The translations under genes and the position numbers were made by a program. The notes under the pieces are model-generated. The model had not been told where the DNA came from. It was given only the letters and a program-made list of their open reading frames with translations, and searched no databases. DNA of 64,000 nt from positions 16,837,962 through 16,901,961 of the forward strand of contig NC_068994.1 in the NCBI RefSeq assembly GCF_001194135.2, written 5' to 3'. Shown in pieces: positions 25,056 through 38,684 of the stretch (positions within the stretch are counted from its first letter, which is position 1; each line of letters starts with the position of its first letter). The DNA is from Octopus bimaculoides. Taxonomy: Eukaryota.

Positions 25056-26795
25056 TTAAATGACCTGTTTCTTTGATATACCTGGTTAGACACAGATGCT
25101 ATTTTTTTGGGAGTATGTTATTTTATTTTCCTGTTTGGTGTCATTCATTTAACTTGCATTTTGTTCTGTTCTTAGTTGTCTGGTTCACTCTATGCATGGT
25201 CTCACCACTTCATCAATTCTATGTTTATACTTATTCTGCAAAGAGGGTTAATCCTATTTGAGAACTGAGTTTAAACTTACACAATAAAGCATGCATAAAG
25301 TACTTTACACTTCATCGTATTCATTACAAATAAAAGAATCTCCAACAGATTATGGGGATACTTTAAAGAAAAGAAAAAGGAATTTTGTTGTAATAATAGG
25401 AGTATAAAAAAGAAAAAAAAACCCCCCAAAAAACAAAAACAAAATGAGGAGTAGCAGCAGTTAAATGTGGTCAAGGCACTGACTGAAGTTTATAATTAAT
25501 TTTTATCCAATTAAACATACTTTGCTGTGTTTTTAACTCAGAGTCAATCTTCCACTGTTTTCTCCAGAAAATGTAAATGACTCAAAAAACCACAAGTGAT
25601 TTTTGAAAATCAGTGCCCAAGTGTGTCTCCTCTGGTTTTATACAATCAAGTGAAAGAGATAAGCATTACTCAGGACAGCTTGCCAATCAACTGCAGGAAA
25701 CTGCAATTCCCAAGTAGACTACTTACAACCAGATGAACTGAGGGCACTGATAAATATACACAATGTAGCAGATTTGAACTTCACATGTTGTATGTTCTGG
25801 TAGTCAAATACCATGTCATCCCACTTGCACTTTCTCCAAAACCCCTATGTTCTTCAAAATAAGAAATCGGAGATGTGACAATCATTGTGTTCCCAAAAGC
25901 AGAAGCAAATAAATGAAAAGGAAAAAAAACAAACAAAAAAAAAAACAAAAAACAAGCTATAACTATCAATGAAAACAAAACTATTTGGCTCACAAGGAAC
26001 TTGCTTTACACTTTATGGATCTTGAAGCATTTATGAATTAGAATGAAACTTATTTAAAAAATTTTTTTTTTTATCTGTTATAGTTTATTCATTTAAAAAA
26101 AACAAAACAAAACAAAAATACAAAAAGATAATGGTTTGCAAAATAAAATACACATATATTTATCACAACATGCAAGCACATGACCAGTTGTCCTCTTCAG
26201 CTATTTTTTGAAACCAAAAAGAATTGAACAAAAAAAAAAAAAAAAAAAAAATTTGTAATGAGAAATGGCATATTTTTTAAGCAGAGTTTGTTGTTTCTCA
26301 TAAATTCATGATTTAGATGTAAAAAAAACAACAACCAAAAAACCCATTAAAAAAACGCCAAAATAATCCTCCCTTTGTTACAGCTTGCAAATATAACAAG
26401 AAAAATTCCTTTCAAATAGAACTGGTAAAAACTCCATTTGGCATACGATAAAAAAACCAATAGCATCAATCTCACAAATCTGAGAGAACCTACAAGTATA
26501 ATGGGCACTGTCCCTCCTCCTCCAACTAATTAAAAAACATCTTTTGTTTTATAGGATGACTAAAGAGGAGAAAGAAGCTCAGAAAAAGAGGAGCTGATCA
26601 GACTGAGGGAAAGACCATTAAAGAAAGACAAAGAAGACGTAATCTTCTCAAATGATTGCCATCTTTGAAGTAAAGTAAACCATCTACTTAGTAGACTTGA
26701 CTACCACATCATTTGGAAAATCCAAAATTGTTAATTGTTTGTTGAGGAGGATAGAAGGGGAAAGGAAAGAGGAAAACAAAGCTAAGACTATCAGC

Positions 26796-26932
26796 TCAAC
26801 AGTAGCTAGAGATACGACTGTACTGGTTTGTATCAACAGCACAGGAATCTGGTACAAAAGTTTTATCGTAATTTCCATTTTTATGAAGTTTCTTTGCAGC
26901 TTGGTGTAGTTTTTCAAGAAACTCAGGAACTC
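26796..26932 (-). CDS. STARD7: STARD7 last coding exon (VPEFLEKLHQAAKK...SRISSYC*)
   Basis: tcTAG acceptor and TGA at 26798-26796. GxPxFLEKLH motif. The joined CDS is 1146 nt, giving 381 aa plus stop. Confidence 0.93.
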
Positions 26933-27403
26933 CTAGATAACAAGAAGAGGAAAACATATGAGCCAAAAAAAAAAGAAAAAAACCCTGTTAATTAAATTAC
27001 ATTGTGTAAGATGACTTTTGTCCTTGGGTAGCAACTGTTATTTCCTATTAGCTTACTCCTAGAAAGTATGGAAAATGGCTAATATTTCCTTCAAACTTTG
27101 TTTTTCTTACATTTATTCAAACCCCAAAGAATCCCTTTCATAGCTATGATACTCTGCAACTGCACCTGCTCATTATCTGAGATGTACATATTGTCAGATG
27201 CTAATGGACATACTCAAGTAGTTACGGTCAAGCAACTCTGTGGTATTGAGTAGAATATTTGCTATAGCAATATTTCTGCTTTGGCAACTCAGTGCCAAAT
27301 CTGTCTGAAATGTAATAGAAAATAGGACACAGTTTCAAAATGTATTATCTTACAGCTCTGAGCTTTCAATGATATATAATGTGTGTATGTGTGCGCACGC
27401 TCG

Positions 27404-27442
<39 letters not shown>

Positions 27443-28195
27443 NNNNNNNNNNNNNNNNNNNNNNNNNNNNNNNNNNNNNNNNNNNNNNNNNNNNNNNNNN
27501 NNNNNNNNNNNNNNNNNNNNNNNNNNNNNNNNNNNNNNNNNNNNNNNNNNNNNNNNNNNNNNNNNNNNNNNNNNNNNNNNNNNNNNNNNNNNNNNNNNNN
27601 NNNNNNNNNNNNNNNNNNNNNNNNNNNNNNNNNNNNNNNNNNNNNNNNNNNNNNNNNNNNNNNNNNNNNNNNNNNNNNNNNNNNNNNNNNNNNNNNNNNN
27701 NNNNNNNNNNNNNNNNNNNNNNNNNNNNNNNNNNNNNNNNNNNNNNNNNNNNNNNNNNNNNNNNNNNNNNNNNNNNNNNNNNNNNNNNNNNNNNNNNNNN
27801 NNNNNNNNNNNNNNNNNNNNNNNNNNNGGGGCACTGGCAACGATCTCGCTCGAAAATCCTACAGGAGCCAGTCAGGCGGTACTGGCAACGGCCACGCTCA
27901 AAATGGTGCATCTCATGTGCCACCCGCACAAGAACCAGTCCAGGGGCACTGGCAACGATCTTACTTGGCTTGCCGGGTCTTCTCACGCACAGCACATTTC
28001 CAAAGGTCTATAGACACACATACACACACACACACAAACAGGGGTCTTCTTTCAGTTTCTGTCTACCAAATCCACTCACAAAGCTTTAGTCAACTCAAGA
28101 CTATAGTAAAAGACACTTGCCCAAGGTGCCATACAGTGGGACTGAACCCAGAACCATGTGGTTGGGAAGCAAGCTTCTTATCACACAGCCACACC

Positions 28196-28443
28196 TGCTG
28201 AAGGCCAGGATTACCAGGGCCTTCAGGGGCCTAAAACAGGAGATAGTGACAAAGTCTTGTGACCAGTTCCCAGGTTGCCTGGAGGTTATCATTGAGGCCA
28301 AAAGCGAGTTCACTGAGTGACATAGACAGAACATGTCATGAAAACAAACTGACTTGAATTTGATGAATATATCTCAAAAAATAAGAACACTTATTTTTTC
28401 TTGAGACAGTCATCATACAAAAGAATATTACCCGCACCTGGTA
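28196..28443 (+). mobile_element. Tc1/mariner-superfamily 3' fragment
   Basis: LKARITRAFRGLKQEIVTKSCDQFPGCLEVIIEAKSEFTE* is a typical transposase C-terminus, followed by a TIR-like end ttacccgcacctggTA. Confidence 0.6.
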
Positions 28444-29636
28444 CATGTAATGCAAATGGATGGAACTTACTGTTCTGAAGAGAGAAGGTTTATCCACAGT
28501 ACAAAAATACAAAAGAAATAAGTAAAAAAAATTGACTGGATTTTACAGATGAGGTGGGTATAAGGCTAGCAGCCCCATCTAATCCATGCTAACAAGGAAA
28601 ATTAACCCTTTAGCATTTAAACTGACAATATCTAGCCCAAATGTTCTACCTATTTTATGTTCTAAGTGGCCAGCTCCAGCTTCTCATACCTACCCTACAA
28701 TGTCATTCTAATAATAAACAGTTATATATCATCGAAATCTCAGTGCTGCAAGATAGCATGTTTTGAAACTGTCCTATTTTCAGACAGATTTAATGCTGAG
28801 TTGCTAAAGCAGAAATATTGTTATAGCAAATGTTCTGCTCAATACCACAAATTTGCTTGACCGTAATCACTTGAGCATGTCCGTTAGTGGCTGACAATAT
28901 GTGCATCTCTAATCACGAGCAGGAGTAGTTGGGGAGTATCATAAACATAAGTTGAAAGGGATTCTTTAGAGTTTGAATAAATGTAAGAAAAGCAAACTTT
29001 GAAGGAAACATTAATCATTTTTCACACTTGCAGCTCTGAGATTTCGATGCTAGCATGGGTGGGACGGTACCTCAAGAGCCAGCCATGCCGAAGCCTACAC
29101 CGGACTTCTGTAACTCTTTTGGCAGGATTTGTACAGCTGGATGCCCTTCCTAACACCAACCACTCAGCAGAGTGGACTTAGTGCTTTTTATGTGGCAGAA
29201 GCACAGGCAAGGTCAGTTTTGGCAAGGTTTTTACGGCTGGATGCCCTTCCGAACACCAACCACTTTACAGTGTGGACTGTGTATATATATATATACACAT
29301 ACACACACACACATACACACAAAAGGGGATCTTCTTTCAGTTTCTGTCTACCAAATCCACTTTATGTGAATAAAGACAGAATCTTGCATTATCTTGTAGC
29401 TTTGAGATTTTGATGAGGTAACTGTTCATTTTTAGAACAATATTGCAGGGTTGGTGTGAGAGGCTAAATCTGGCCACTTTGAATATAAACAGTAGACTAT
29501 TTAGGCCATATATGTCCTGTTTAAATACTGAAGGGTTAAATGTTAAAACATTTTGTAAAGCAATGAAGATGAAGATGTTAATACAAGTGTCATCAGAAGC
29601 ATTGTATGAGTCGAAGAGAGAAAAATCTTTATATAC

Positions 29637-29721
29637 CAGTAGTAGCCATCCAGTTGTAGGCAAACATTGGGAAGGCAGCTTGTGGGTCATCAGAATAAGT
29701 TAGCACATAATCAAAACCGTT
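29637..29721 (-). CDS. STARD7: STARD7 coding exon 8 (NGFDYVLTYSDDPQAAFPMFAYNWMATTG)
   Basis: cttCAG acceptor and G|GTATAT donor. 85 nt. NGFDYxLTYxDxPQ motif. Confidence 0.94.
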
Positions 29722-30052
29722 CTGAAGAAGATAAATAGATATTAAAATTGACAGTTATATGAATAGGAAAGTATTCATCGATATTTATTTTAACTTCATC
29801 CAAATACAAATATACTCATATACACATAGGAATTACTACATAAACTTGCTCATACAAGTTTTAAAAAAAAACATTGCAGGTGTAAAGATGAAAACAACAA
29901 GAACAAAAAAAGATACTGAAAGTTTTCACACAAGAATAAATTTTTTGCCGTTTTCTCTCTCTCTCTTTATCCATTCTCATACATCTACATTACCATGCAT
30001 ATGAACATTCAACAATACAGAAAGTACTAATGAATAAAAACAGAATGGTTAC

Positions 30053-30190
30053 ATCATTGAAGTTAGAGTGGGGCTTAACAACCATCTTTGAAGTGTAATT
30101 GTTGACACGGACAAACTCAGAGTTCAGAGGACAGCGCGGATGATACACAGAGTGGGAGGTCATCACCATCAGTTTGTTTTCCTCATCAAT
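30053..30190 (-). CDS. STARD7: STARD7 coding exon 7 (IDEENKLMVMTSHSVYHPRCPLNSEFVRVNNYTSKMVVKPHSNFND)
   Basis: tttCAG acceptor and GTAACC donor. 138 nt. Overlaps ORF-track entry 29990..30208. Confidence 0.93.
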
Positions 30191-31429
30191 CTGAAAAAAA
30201 CAAACCAATCAGAAAAAAGGTGAAAATCATTTTGGAAGACAATTTACTTAAAGTTTCAAGCATTTCCCTTTTTTTTTCTGCATGGGAGCTGTAAGATGAA
30301 GTAAAAGAATTTAAATAAGTAGTAGATGAAATAAGAACGTGAATCCCACTTTTTAAGATTTTATGGATTTATCACATCAGAGCAGGGAAGGGATGCACCT
30401 ATGACTTTTTGCAGGTCCCTGAGATATATGAAAAAAAAAAAGAAAAAAAAAAGTNNNNNNNNNNAGAAAAAAAAAGTGGATGAAACCATAGTTCAAGAGT
30501 ATCCTCATGCCAAATGCTTAAAACAGAATGAAATCTGCTAAATTCACCCAAAGGCCAAGTGGTAGTGTTAAACTGGGCAATGGATGAAATCTAGCCACTA
30601 AGAACAGATTGTAGTCCACTTGAAAGTTTTCTGCACAATTTTCATTTTCCCAGTTTGATTTGCAAAGCATTAGTTAACCCCAGACTATAGCAGAAGACAA
30701 ATGCCTAGAGTGTCACATATTATGTCAAATCAAAAAACTATGTGATTGTGAAGTGAATATCTTAAGAACATGGCCATACCCAGATCAGTTTGAATTGCAT
30801 CCCTAATTTATACAGTATTTTGTACATTAAAGCTATATTATACATCCTAATTATCATAAAAAAGGAAGGACACAGTAGATGATATGGCCCAAAATATGCC
30901 ACTTGTAGAAAAAAAAGAGGAGATGGTCATGATTGAAATGCCAGGCAAAAATGCTTTGCAGTATTTTTTCTGTCCTTATGTTCTGAGTTCAAATTCTGCT
31001 GACGTCGACTTTGCCTTACATCCTTTCAGTGTTGATAAAATAAGTACCNNNNNNNNNNNNNNNNNNNNNNNNNNNNNNNNNNNNNNNNNNNNNNNNNNNN
31101 NNNATTGACTTACTCACTTCCTTGAAATCTGGCCCTGTGTCAAAATTTGTAATTAATATTCCATAAACTAGGCCAGACATATAAGATGCCCTATTTTTTT
31201 AGAAAAATATTGCAAAAAAAAAAAAGAAAAGAAAAACACCCCAGGTCTTATATGAAAATTTGGGTCTCTCATAAGCTAATTTTGTCCCTGATGTTCACTT
31301 TGACCTGAATATGCACTGCTGAAATCGGGGATGTGTTTACTATGCCTTCAAATATGGTAATAAAATCCAAATATTTTTCTTTTCAACGAACACACGTGCA
31401 AAAGATGTAGAAATGAAGAGTTAACTTAC

Positions 31430-31474
31430 ATTGAATCTTCTTCTGTACACATATTCTCGACTGTACATTGGATA
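31430..31474 (-). CDS. STARD7: STARD7 coding exon 6 (YPMYSREYVYRRRFN)
   Basis: ttcCAG acceptor and GTAAGT donor. 45 nt. YPMYSRxYVY motif. Confidence 0.93.
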
Positions 31475-34400
31475 CTGGAATTAGAAACACAAGAGAAAAG
31501 TTTCACACAAAGCACAAATAAAATTTCTTGATTGAGAGCATGACTTAATTTCCTTGCAAGTCTAGGGTTGGTCCAGAGATGTAATGTGATGCCTAAGATG
31601 GGATGAAAACTGAGCCCCTTGAGAAAAGGCGATCTTAAATTTGGCCACCAGCTTCATTGATAGACACTTCTTTTATTAAAAACCTTCAATCCTTAACCTT
31701 TTAGCATTCAGGTTACTCTGTCAAATGTAATGCTTATCTATTCACATTATTCTGAATTAATCATGCTTTAACAAACAACTTCAAGATTTTGATGGTGTAA
31801 TTATTTATTCTAAGAATGGTATTGTTGGATAGGTATGAGAGACCAGTACATAAAATATGCCCAATATTTGGGCTGGGTGTGGGCAGTTAAAAGGCTAATG
31901 GGTTAATCCACAGCTGTGTAATTGTAATTAACCATGTCTTCATGTCTTAATATAACTATAAATGAATCTGTTCTGAAGAACTTGATTCACTCCAATTCCA
32001 TTTCAACATTTCTCACTCAGTATTTTGTTTCTTGCCTTAAAACTGGCAACAGGAACATTATGCAGTTTTTCATTCTAAAGACTGCCGTCTTACAATGGTG
32101 ACTTCTACTCTGTTTTCTTGTGGTGCTCTCACATCCACTTCTTCAAATTTCATATTACACTAATCTCACATTTTAAGTTAACCTTCCAAACACATCAAAT
32201 CTAGAAAATTATTCAAATCAAGAGTATGTCTGGACAATGCAGCAATCACACTTTGGATTCAATATGCCACACATACAGGAAAACACTCTCACTCACAACA
32301 CTATATTACTATTCAATGTTCTTGCTGTCTAGAGTAATGCAGATTACTTTAGAAAATCCAGTACTTGCAGTCATAGCATTATGCTCTTACATGAAACATT
32401 TATATATGATTGTTTCAAATAGAACAGGGTCTAGAAAAGAAGCCGTAATGTTCCTTTGGGAGGAGGGTGCTATAGAAACTTGTAGGAAGAAGAAAAATGA
32501 AAATGTCTAAAGTATTATGTCAGTATAACATATTATAAGTGGTGTTGTGGAGGCATTCTGACAAGATCAAAAGAATTATTTTAGTGAAAATAGGTGAGAA
32601 CCATTTTTAAAAGGTGATCAACAACAATAATGATATGTTAGCATTCAAGTGGGGGAAAGTTAGGAGGGCTTCATTGGTCCATTAATCTACTATAATTGCA
32701 CTACCACCAATAGAATGATAATTCTTGTTATAGATGTTCCATCATTTATGCAATTCAAGTATTTCATTCTATTACATATACTTTATCATTTGGTGACACC
32801 TCATTTCAATAGATAAGTAAAATTGGTTTTAATCACCAACTAATGAGTAATTGTAATTGCTTTATTTTGTTTAACATTCTTTGTCAGAATAACCAACTTC
32901 TTCATTTACAGATGGCCTCCAAATTGAAAGCACAGAAAAAAGATCATCACACCATATAGGTGCAACAGTCTATAGACACCACTGCTGAGTACTTCTCTGT
33001 CTGTCTGTCTGTCTCTCTCACACACACAGAAATTCAAAATTAATGATGAAAATGATAATACATAAGACAAAATGAAACAAATTATAATTATCAATTTAAT
33101 GCTCCATGAAAGATTAAGTGAAAATGTCTGATGTTTTGAGCTTAAGTTCTACTTCAGAAAGTTAGACAGACAGAAGGAAGATGCATAAAGAAAGGAAGAA
33201 AAGAAAACACAGGAGAAATTTAAAAGTGTAAATTATGTATGTGTGCATGCATATGTATTTCTAGTTTGTGTATATGCCAATTTACACATCATCATCATTT
33301 AACATCTGTTTTCCATGCTGGCATGGGTTAGACAGCTTGACAGAAGCTAACAAACCAGAAGATTGCACCAGGCTTCACAGTCAGTTTTGGCATGGTTTTT
33401 ACAGCTGGATGCCCTGCCTAACACCAACCACCTTACAGCTGGATGCCTTTCCAAATGCCAACCACTTTATGTGGCACCAGTACTGTTATATGTATTCCAG
33501 TTTCTAAAATAGGAACATCATGTCCCTATGAGTTCCAAGAGGTGACTAAAAAAGGTTATTTGGACGTAAAACATTATCTAAAAGAATTTTTGTCCAATTC
33601 ATGCCAGCATGGAAGAGCAGACATCAAAAGAATAATGATACATTCATAGAGTATTGCTTAACTCTTTCATCATCACATTTCTAATGAAACACAGTCTATG
33701 TACTTCAATAGATTTTGAAAATAATTAAGAATTTGGAAGGTTTTAGTAAAACAACTGATTTTTTCCCATTAATAAGATGGTATCTGAAACATTACAAAAG
33801 GTGCTAACATAAAATTATGATAGAAGGTTCTCATATGAAAATTTTTATGTTATAGGTTTTGTGTTATAGGATAAGGATTGGTCTCAGGCAGGTTGGTATC
33901 AAAAGGATTTACTAATATTTTTGTGACACTGAAATAGAAGCTTTTATACAATATAACATTCTTTTGTCGTACAAGCTGGTCACAGCTCACAATTAGTAGA
34001 ATATATGCTTACGCTTAACATTTTGTGCAAAATAAAATCTGTCCTAAACAATACCAATAAATACAAAGGTGATAGTAATTTTTAGTAAACTATTCCAAAT
34101 TCTTGATTGTTTAGAAATTTAAATGAAGTACTAAGGCTGTCTTAATAGAAAGAAATAAGGTAATGAAAATGTTAAATCAATGACAGAACTAAAGAACAAA
34201 GATGCAGATACAGGCAACATTGTTTCCCTTCTATATCCATAATTTAGATTAGAAATATAAACTATTTTAGAGCAGTATTTGTTTGGCAAATAACTTGGGA
34301 TACACTCCATCTCCTACTCCCCACCTCACTCACTCCATGTCTCTCTGCCTCACTCATTCCTGCCCACTTTGTACCCTGAAGATCCATCTAGTCATCTCAT

Positions 34401-34911
34401 CCCCACTATTGTTACTGTTTTCCAGCCCCACACACTCTTCTAAACTGTGAGTGGCTATGTAGCTCCTCTACAACAAGAAACATGCTTGAGCACTTTTTTT
34501 CTTAAACCTTACCTCTCTTCATTCCTCATCTTTAAGCATAAAAATTGGTCCCTGAGGGTTCATAGTCTTGAAAGCTGCAGTGACTACACAAGTGCTGGTG
34601 TCATGAGAAAAAGCATCCAGTATCACTGCAAAGTGATTGGTTGTTAGGAAAGGCATCCACCCATAAAAATTATGCCAAAGCAGACACTGGAGCATTATGT
34701 AACCCTTGGGCCCCATCAGATCCTCTCAAACCATGCAACCCATGCCAACATGGAACATGGCTGTTATATGATGCTGATAATAGGGAACAAAATGACACAT
34801 AGTATATACTATCACAAAATAAAATGGAAAGCAAATAAAGGTTTATGTGAGTTTTTAAAAGGCTCTCATGACTTTTCCATGATGTAACTATAAAATATGC
34901 ACTAAAATATA

Positions 34912-35098
34912 TTACTCTTTTACTTGTTTCAGTCATTTGACTGTGGCCATGTTGAAGCACCACCTTTAGTCGAGAAAATCAAGCCCAGGACTTATTCTTT
35001 TTGCCGAACCGCAAAGTTACGGGGACGTAAACACACCAGCATCGGTTGTCAAGCGATGGTGGGGGGACAAACATAGACACACAAATACACATACATAC

Positions 35099-35151
<53 letters not shown>

Positions 35152-35325
35152 TATATATATACGACGGGCTTTTTTCAGTTTCCGTCTACCAAATCCACTC
35201 ACAAGGCTTTGGTCGGCCCGAGGCTATAGTAGAAGACACTTGCCGAAGGTGCCATGCAGTGGGACTGAACCCGGAACCATGTGGTTGGTAAGCAAGCTAC
35301 TTACCACACAGCCACTCCTGCGCCT
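34912..35325 (-). mobile_element. tRNA-derived SINE with internal (TA/TG)n (family B), near full length
   Basis: Head AGGCGCAGGAGTGGCTGTGTGG...GGGTTCAGTCCC. Other copies at about 11.9, 12.6, 28.0, 37.4-38.0, 54.3-55.1, 55.95, 56.2 and 59.7 kb. Confidence 0.88.
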
Positions 35326-35397
35326 ATGTAATTTTTTTCTTGTACTTGGGATGTTAAAAATGAACAAATAAAATAAAAATCAGTTGGTTCAACTCAC

Positions 35398-35508
35398 AGG
35401 AAAGTGTGTGATCCAATGAACTATCTCAGAACCAGACTCTTCATCATGGTCAACTATGTCAAGCTTAATTACCAGCTTGTCCCAAATCTTTCGGTAATTT
35501 AAGTCTAC
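35398..35508 (-). CDS. STARD7: STARD7 coding exon 5 (VDLNYRKIWDKLVIKLDIVDHDEESGSEIVHWITHFP)
   Basis: taCAG acceptor and GTGAGT donor. 111 nt. START-domain D..YR..WD.LVIKL motif. Confidence 0.95.
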
Positions 35509-35692
35509 CTGTAAATGACAAAGAGGGAAAACAATTCAGTGTTCATAAAAAGGGTTTTATTTAAAATGAGGTAAGACTATTATTATATGACCAGAAATAT
35601 ATTAGGACTGAAAACAAAAACAGTGAGAATGTCAGCAGTATTGAGATTGAAGTGTCTCAGATGAATGTGGTTATTATTATTATTATTATTAA

Positions 35693-36790
35693 GATGGTGA
35701 GCTGGCAGAATTGTTAGCATGCCAGGCAAAATGCTTAGTGGCATTTTGTCCGTCTTTATGTTCTGAGCTCAAATTCTGCCAAGGTTGACTTTGCCCTTCA
35801 TCCTTTTGAGGTCGATAAAATATGTAACAGTTGAGCACTGGGGTTGATGTAATCAACTCATCCCCTCCCCCAAAACTGCTACCCTTGTGGTAAAATCTGA
35901 AACTGTTATTATTATTATTATTATTATTAAGGTGGCAAGCTGGCAGAATCGTTAGCACGCTGGATAAAATACTTGTGGCATTTCATCCATCTTTATGCTC
36001 TAAGTTTAAATTCCACCAAGGTCAACTTCACCCTTTAACCTTACAGGGTTGATGAAATAAGTACCAGTTGAGAACTGAGGTCAATGTAATCGATTTACCC
36101 ACTCTGCCGAAACTGCTGGTCTTGTGCCAAATTCTGAAACCATCATCATTATTATTATTATTATTATTAAGATGATGAGCTGGCAGAATTGTTAGCACAC
36201 TGGGCGAGATGCTTAGTGGTATTTCGTCTGCCGCTATGTTCTGAGTTCAAATTCTGCCGAGGTCAACTTTACCTTTCATTCTTTCGGAGGTCAATGAAAT
36301 AAGTACCAGTTATGCACTGGAGTCGATATAATCGACTAGCCCCCTTCCCACCAAAATTTTCAAGGCCTTGTGCCTCTAGTAGAAAGGATTATTATTATTA
36401 TGGGCATTGGATTGGCAGAATCATCAGAGCAGAAGAGACAATGCATTGCAGTAATTATTCTGGTTCTTAGTGTCTTGAGTTCAAATCCTGCCATGGGCAA
36501 CTTTGTCTTTCATCTCTCAGTGGTCAATAAAATAAAGTAACAGCCAAGCACTCGGTCAATTTGATCAACTAATCCCACCTACTAAAATATCAGGTCTATG
36601 TTAGAAAGACTGTTATTACTTCGTGCAAAATGCTTTGTAGCATTTCTTCTGGCTTTACATTCTGAGTTCAAATTCCACTAAGGTCAACTTTGCTTTTTAT
36701 CCTTTCAGGGGTCAATAAAATAAGTACCAGTTGAGCAGTAGGGTTGATGTAATCAAATTATCTGGCCTTGTGCCTATAGTAGAAAGAATT
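35693..36790 (+). repeat. Head-to-tail array of family A SINEs (about 6 units) with (ATT)n spacers, in a STARD7 intron
   Basis: Units restart directly after (TAT)n tails at about 35693, 35930 and 36170, followed by more diverged units. Confidence 0.9.
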
Positions 36791-37167
36791 ATTTTTTATG
36801 TTTGATGCTGTTTAACTCTAAGTTGGTTTTGATGAAGCTGTGATCAATAGGGCCTCTATGTGGTCACTCAAACTGGTAGAAATGACAGCCAAATCTATCT
36901 CAAAATTCATATTACTATCTTAAAAATGGAAGAAAATATTGCATGATGTATTCCTATAAATACTACATCTAGAAAGTGGACAAGACATTCAAATGTTTTA
37001 TTTTATCATAGGCTAACTCAATAAAAGCTGAATTGGCATTAAACAATACCTGTTATCACTTGGCATTAAAACAAAGAAATTATTTTTAAATATTAAAATT
37101 AAAACTTGATGGCAGTATTCCAGTATGGTCTGGATGACGATGGTTGAATGAAGCTAAAAGAACATAC

Positions 37168-37217
37168 CTGAATCACAAAAAATGCACTGGCCGGAATATC
37201 ATAGAAAGATCCATGAA
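37168..37217 (-). CDS. STARD7: STARD7 coding exon 4 (VHGSFYDIPASAFFVIQ)
   Basis: acCAG acceptor and CAG|GTATGT donor. 50 nt, phase 1/0. Confidence 0.9.
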
Positions 37218-38684
37218 CTGGTAAAAAAAAAAAAATAGTGTTATAAAATTAAGAAACTCACAAAAGTTATGTTGAAGGTGACAAAGTTTTGTCCTTTTAT
37301 ATGAATGTGTTAACCCATTTGATACTAACTTGCCAGATGCTGTCTGTGTCTTAGTTATCTAATACAAATTGCCCATTTTGAAGTATTCTTATTATCAGGT
37401 GCAGACATGGCTGTGTAGTAAGAAGCTTGCTTCCCAACCACATGATTCTGGGTTCAGTCCCACTGTGTAACACCTTGGGCAAGTACCTTCTACTATAGCC
37501 TTGGGCCAACCAAAGCCTTGTAAGTAGATTTAGTAGGCAGAAACTGAAAGGCGGCAAACTGGCAGAAATGTTAGCACACTGGGCGAAATGCTTAGTGGTA
37601 TTTTGTCTGCCGTTACGTTCTGAGTTCAAATTCCGCTGAGGTTGACTTTGCCTTTCATCCTTTCAGGGTCGATAAATTAAGTACCAGTTATGCACTGGGG
37701 TCGATGTAATCGACCTAATCCCTTTGTCTGTCCTTGTTTGTCCCCTCTATGTTTAGCCCTTTGTGGGCAATAAAGAAATAAGAAACTGAAAGAAACCTAT
37801 CATATATGTGTGTGTGTGTGTGTGTGTCTGTCTGTTCTCCTCCATCATTTGACAACCAGTGTTGGTGTGTTTATGTCCCCAAAACTTAGCAGCTTGGCAA
37901 AAGAAGCCAATAGATTAGGTACTAGGCTTAAGAAAAGAAAAAAAAAAAAAAAAAAAAAAGAATACTGAGGTTGATTTGTTCAACTAAAACCTTTCCAGCA
38001 TGACCAAAGTCAAATGACTGAAATATGTAAAGAATAAAAGATCGACATCAACATTTAAAGTTCACCCTTCCTTGCAGGTATAGGTTCGGCAGATTTTATT
38101 GAGGTATGTTTTTTTTTTTGTGGCTGGATGCCCTCCCTGTAGCCAACCCTCATATGGTTGGGAAGTAAACTTCTTACCTCACAGCCATGACCCATTATAA
38201 TTTTATGTAAGAGCCTTTTGATAAGTGATGTTCTAAACAACAGTTTGATATAGAAATAAATATGATAATTATTTTATTGAATTCATACAAATTCTTGATT
38301 ATTTTCAAAATTAATAGAAAGACACTGGCAGTGTACTTTCACAGAAAGTTTAGGAGAAGAAACAGCTACTAAAGCCAAACAATTGAATTTGCACAAAATT
38401 AAAAGTCTAAAGGTTCCTATTTGCTTGTTGCTGGTTTGAATTCTGCTTATGCCAACTTAACAAAACAAGAGGTAAATGAAGTAAAAATTGTTTGAATGGG
38501 TGATTCAAATAAGGCATGAAGCACTAAAAGTGTTCGATGCTAGTTTGTTACTATCACTGCACAAGGTCCATGTCCTCGATATTTCATTGTAAAATGGCCG
38601 AGTTAATCTAGCTATAAATAGGTACTAAAGAAAAATTCTAATTCACCACTGCAAGTAGTAGGAGCACAACAAAGTTAATATGTA

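Noticed and set aside
35693-36790. CRISPR-like repeat array
   Set aside because: Eukaryotic context. The units are 150-240-bp diverged SINEs, not short repeats with unique spacers.
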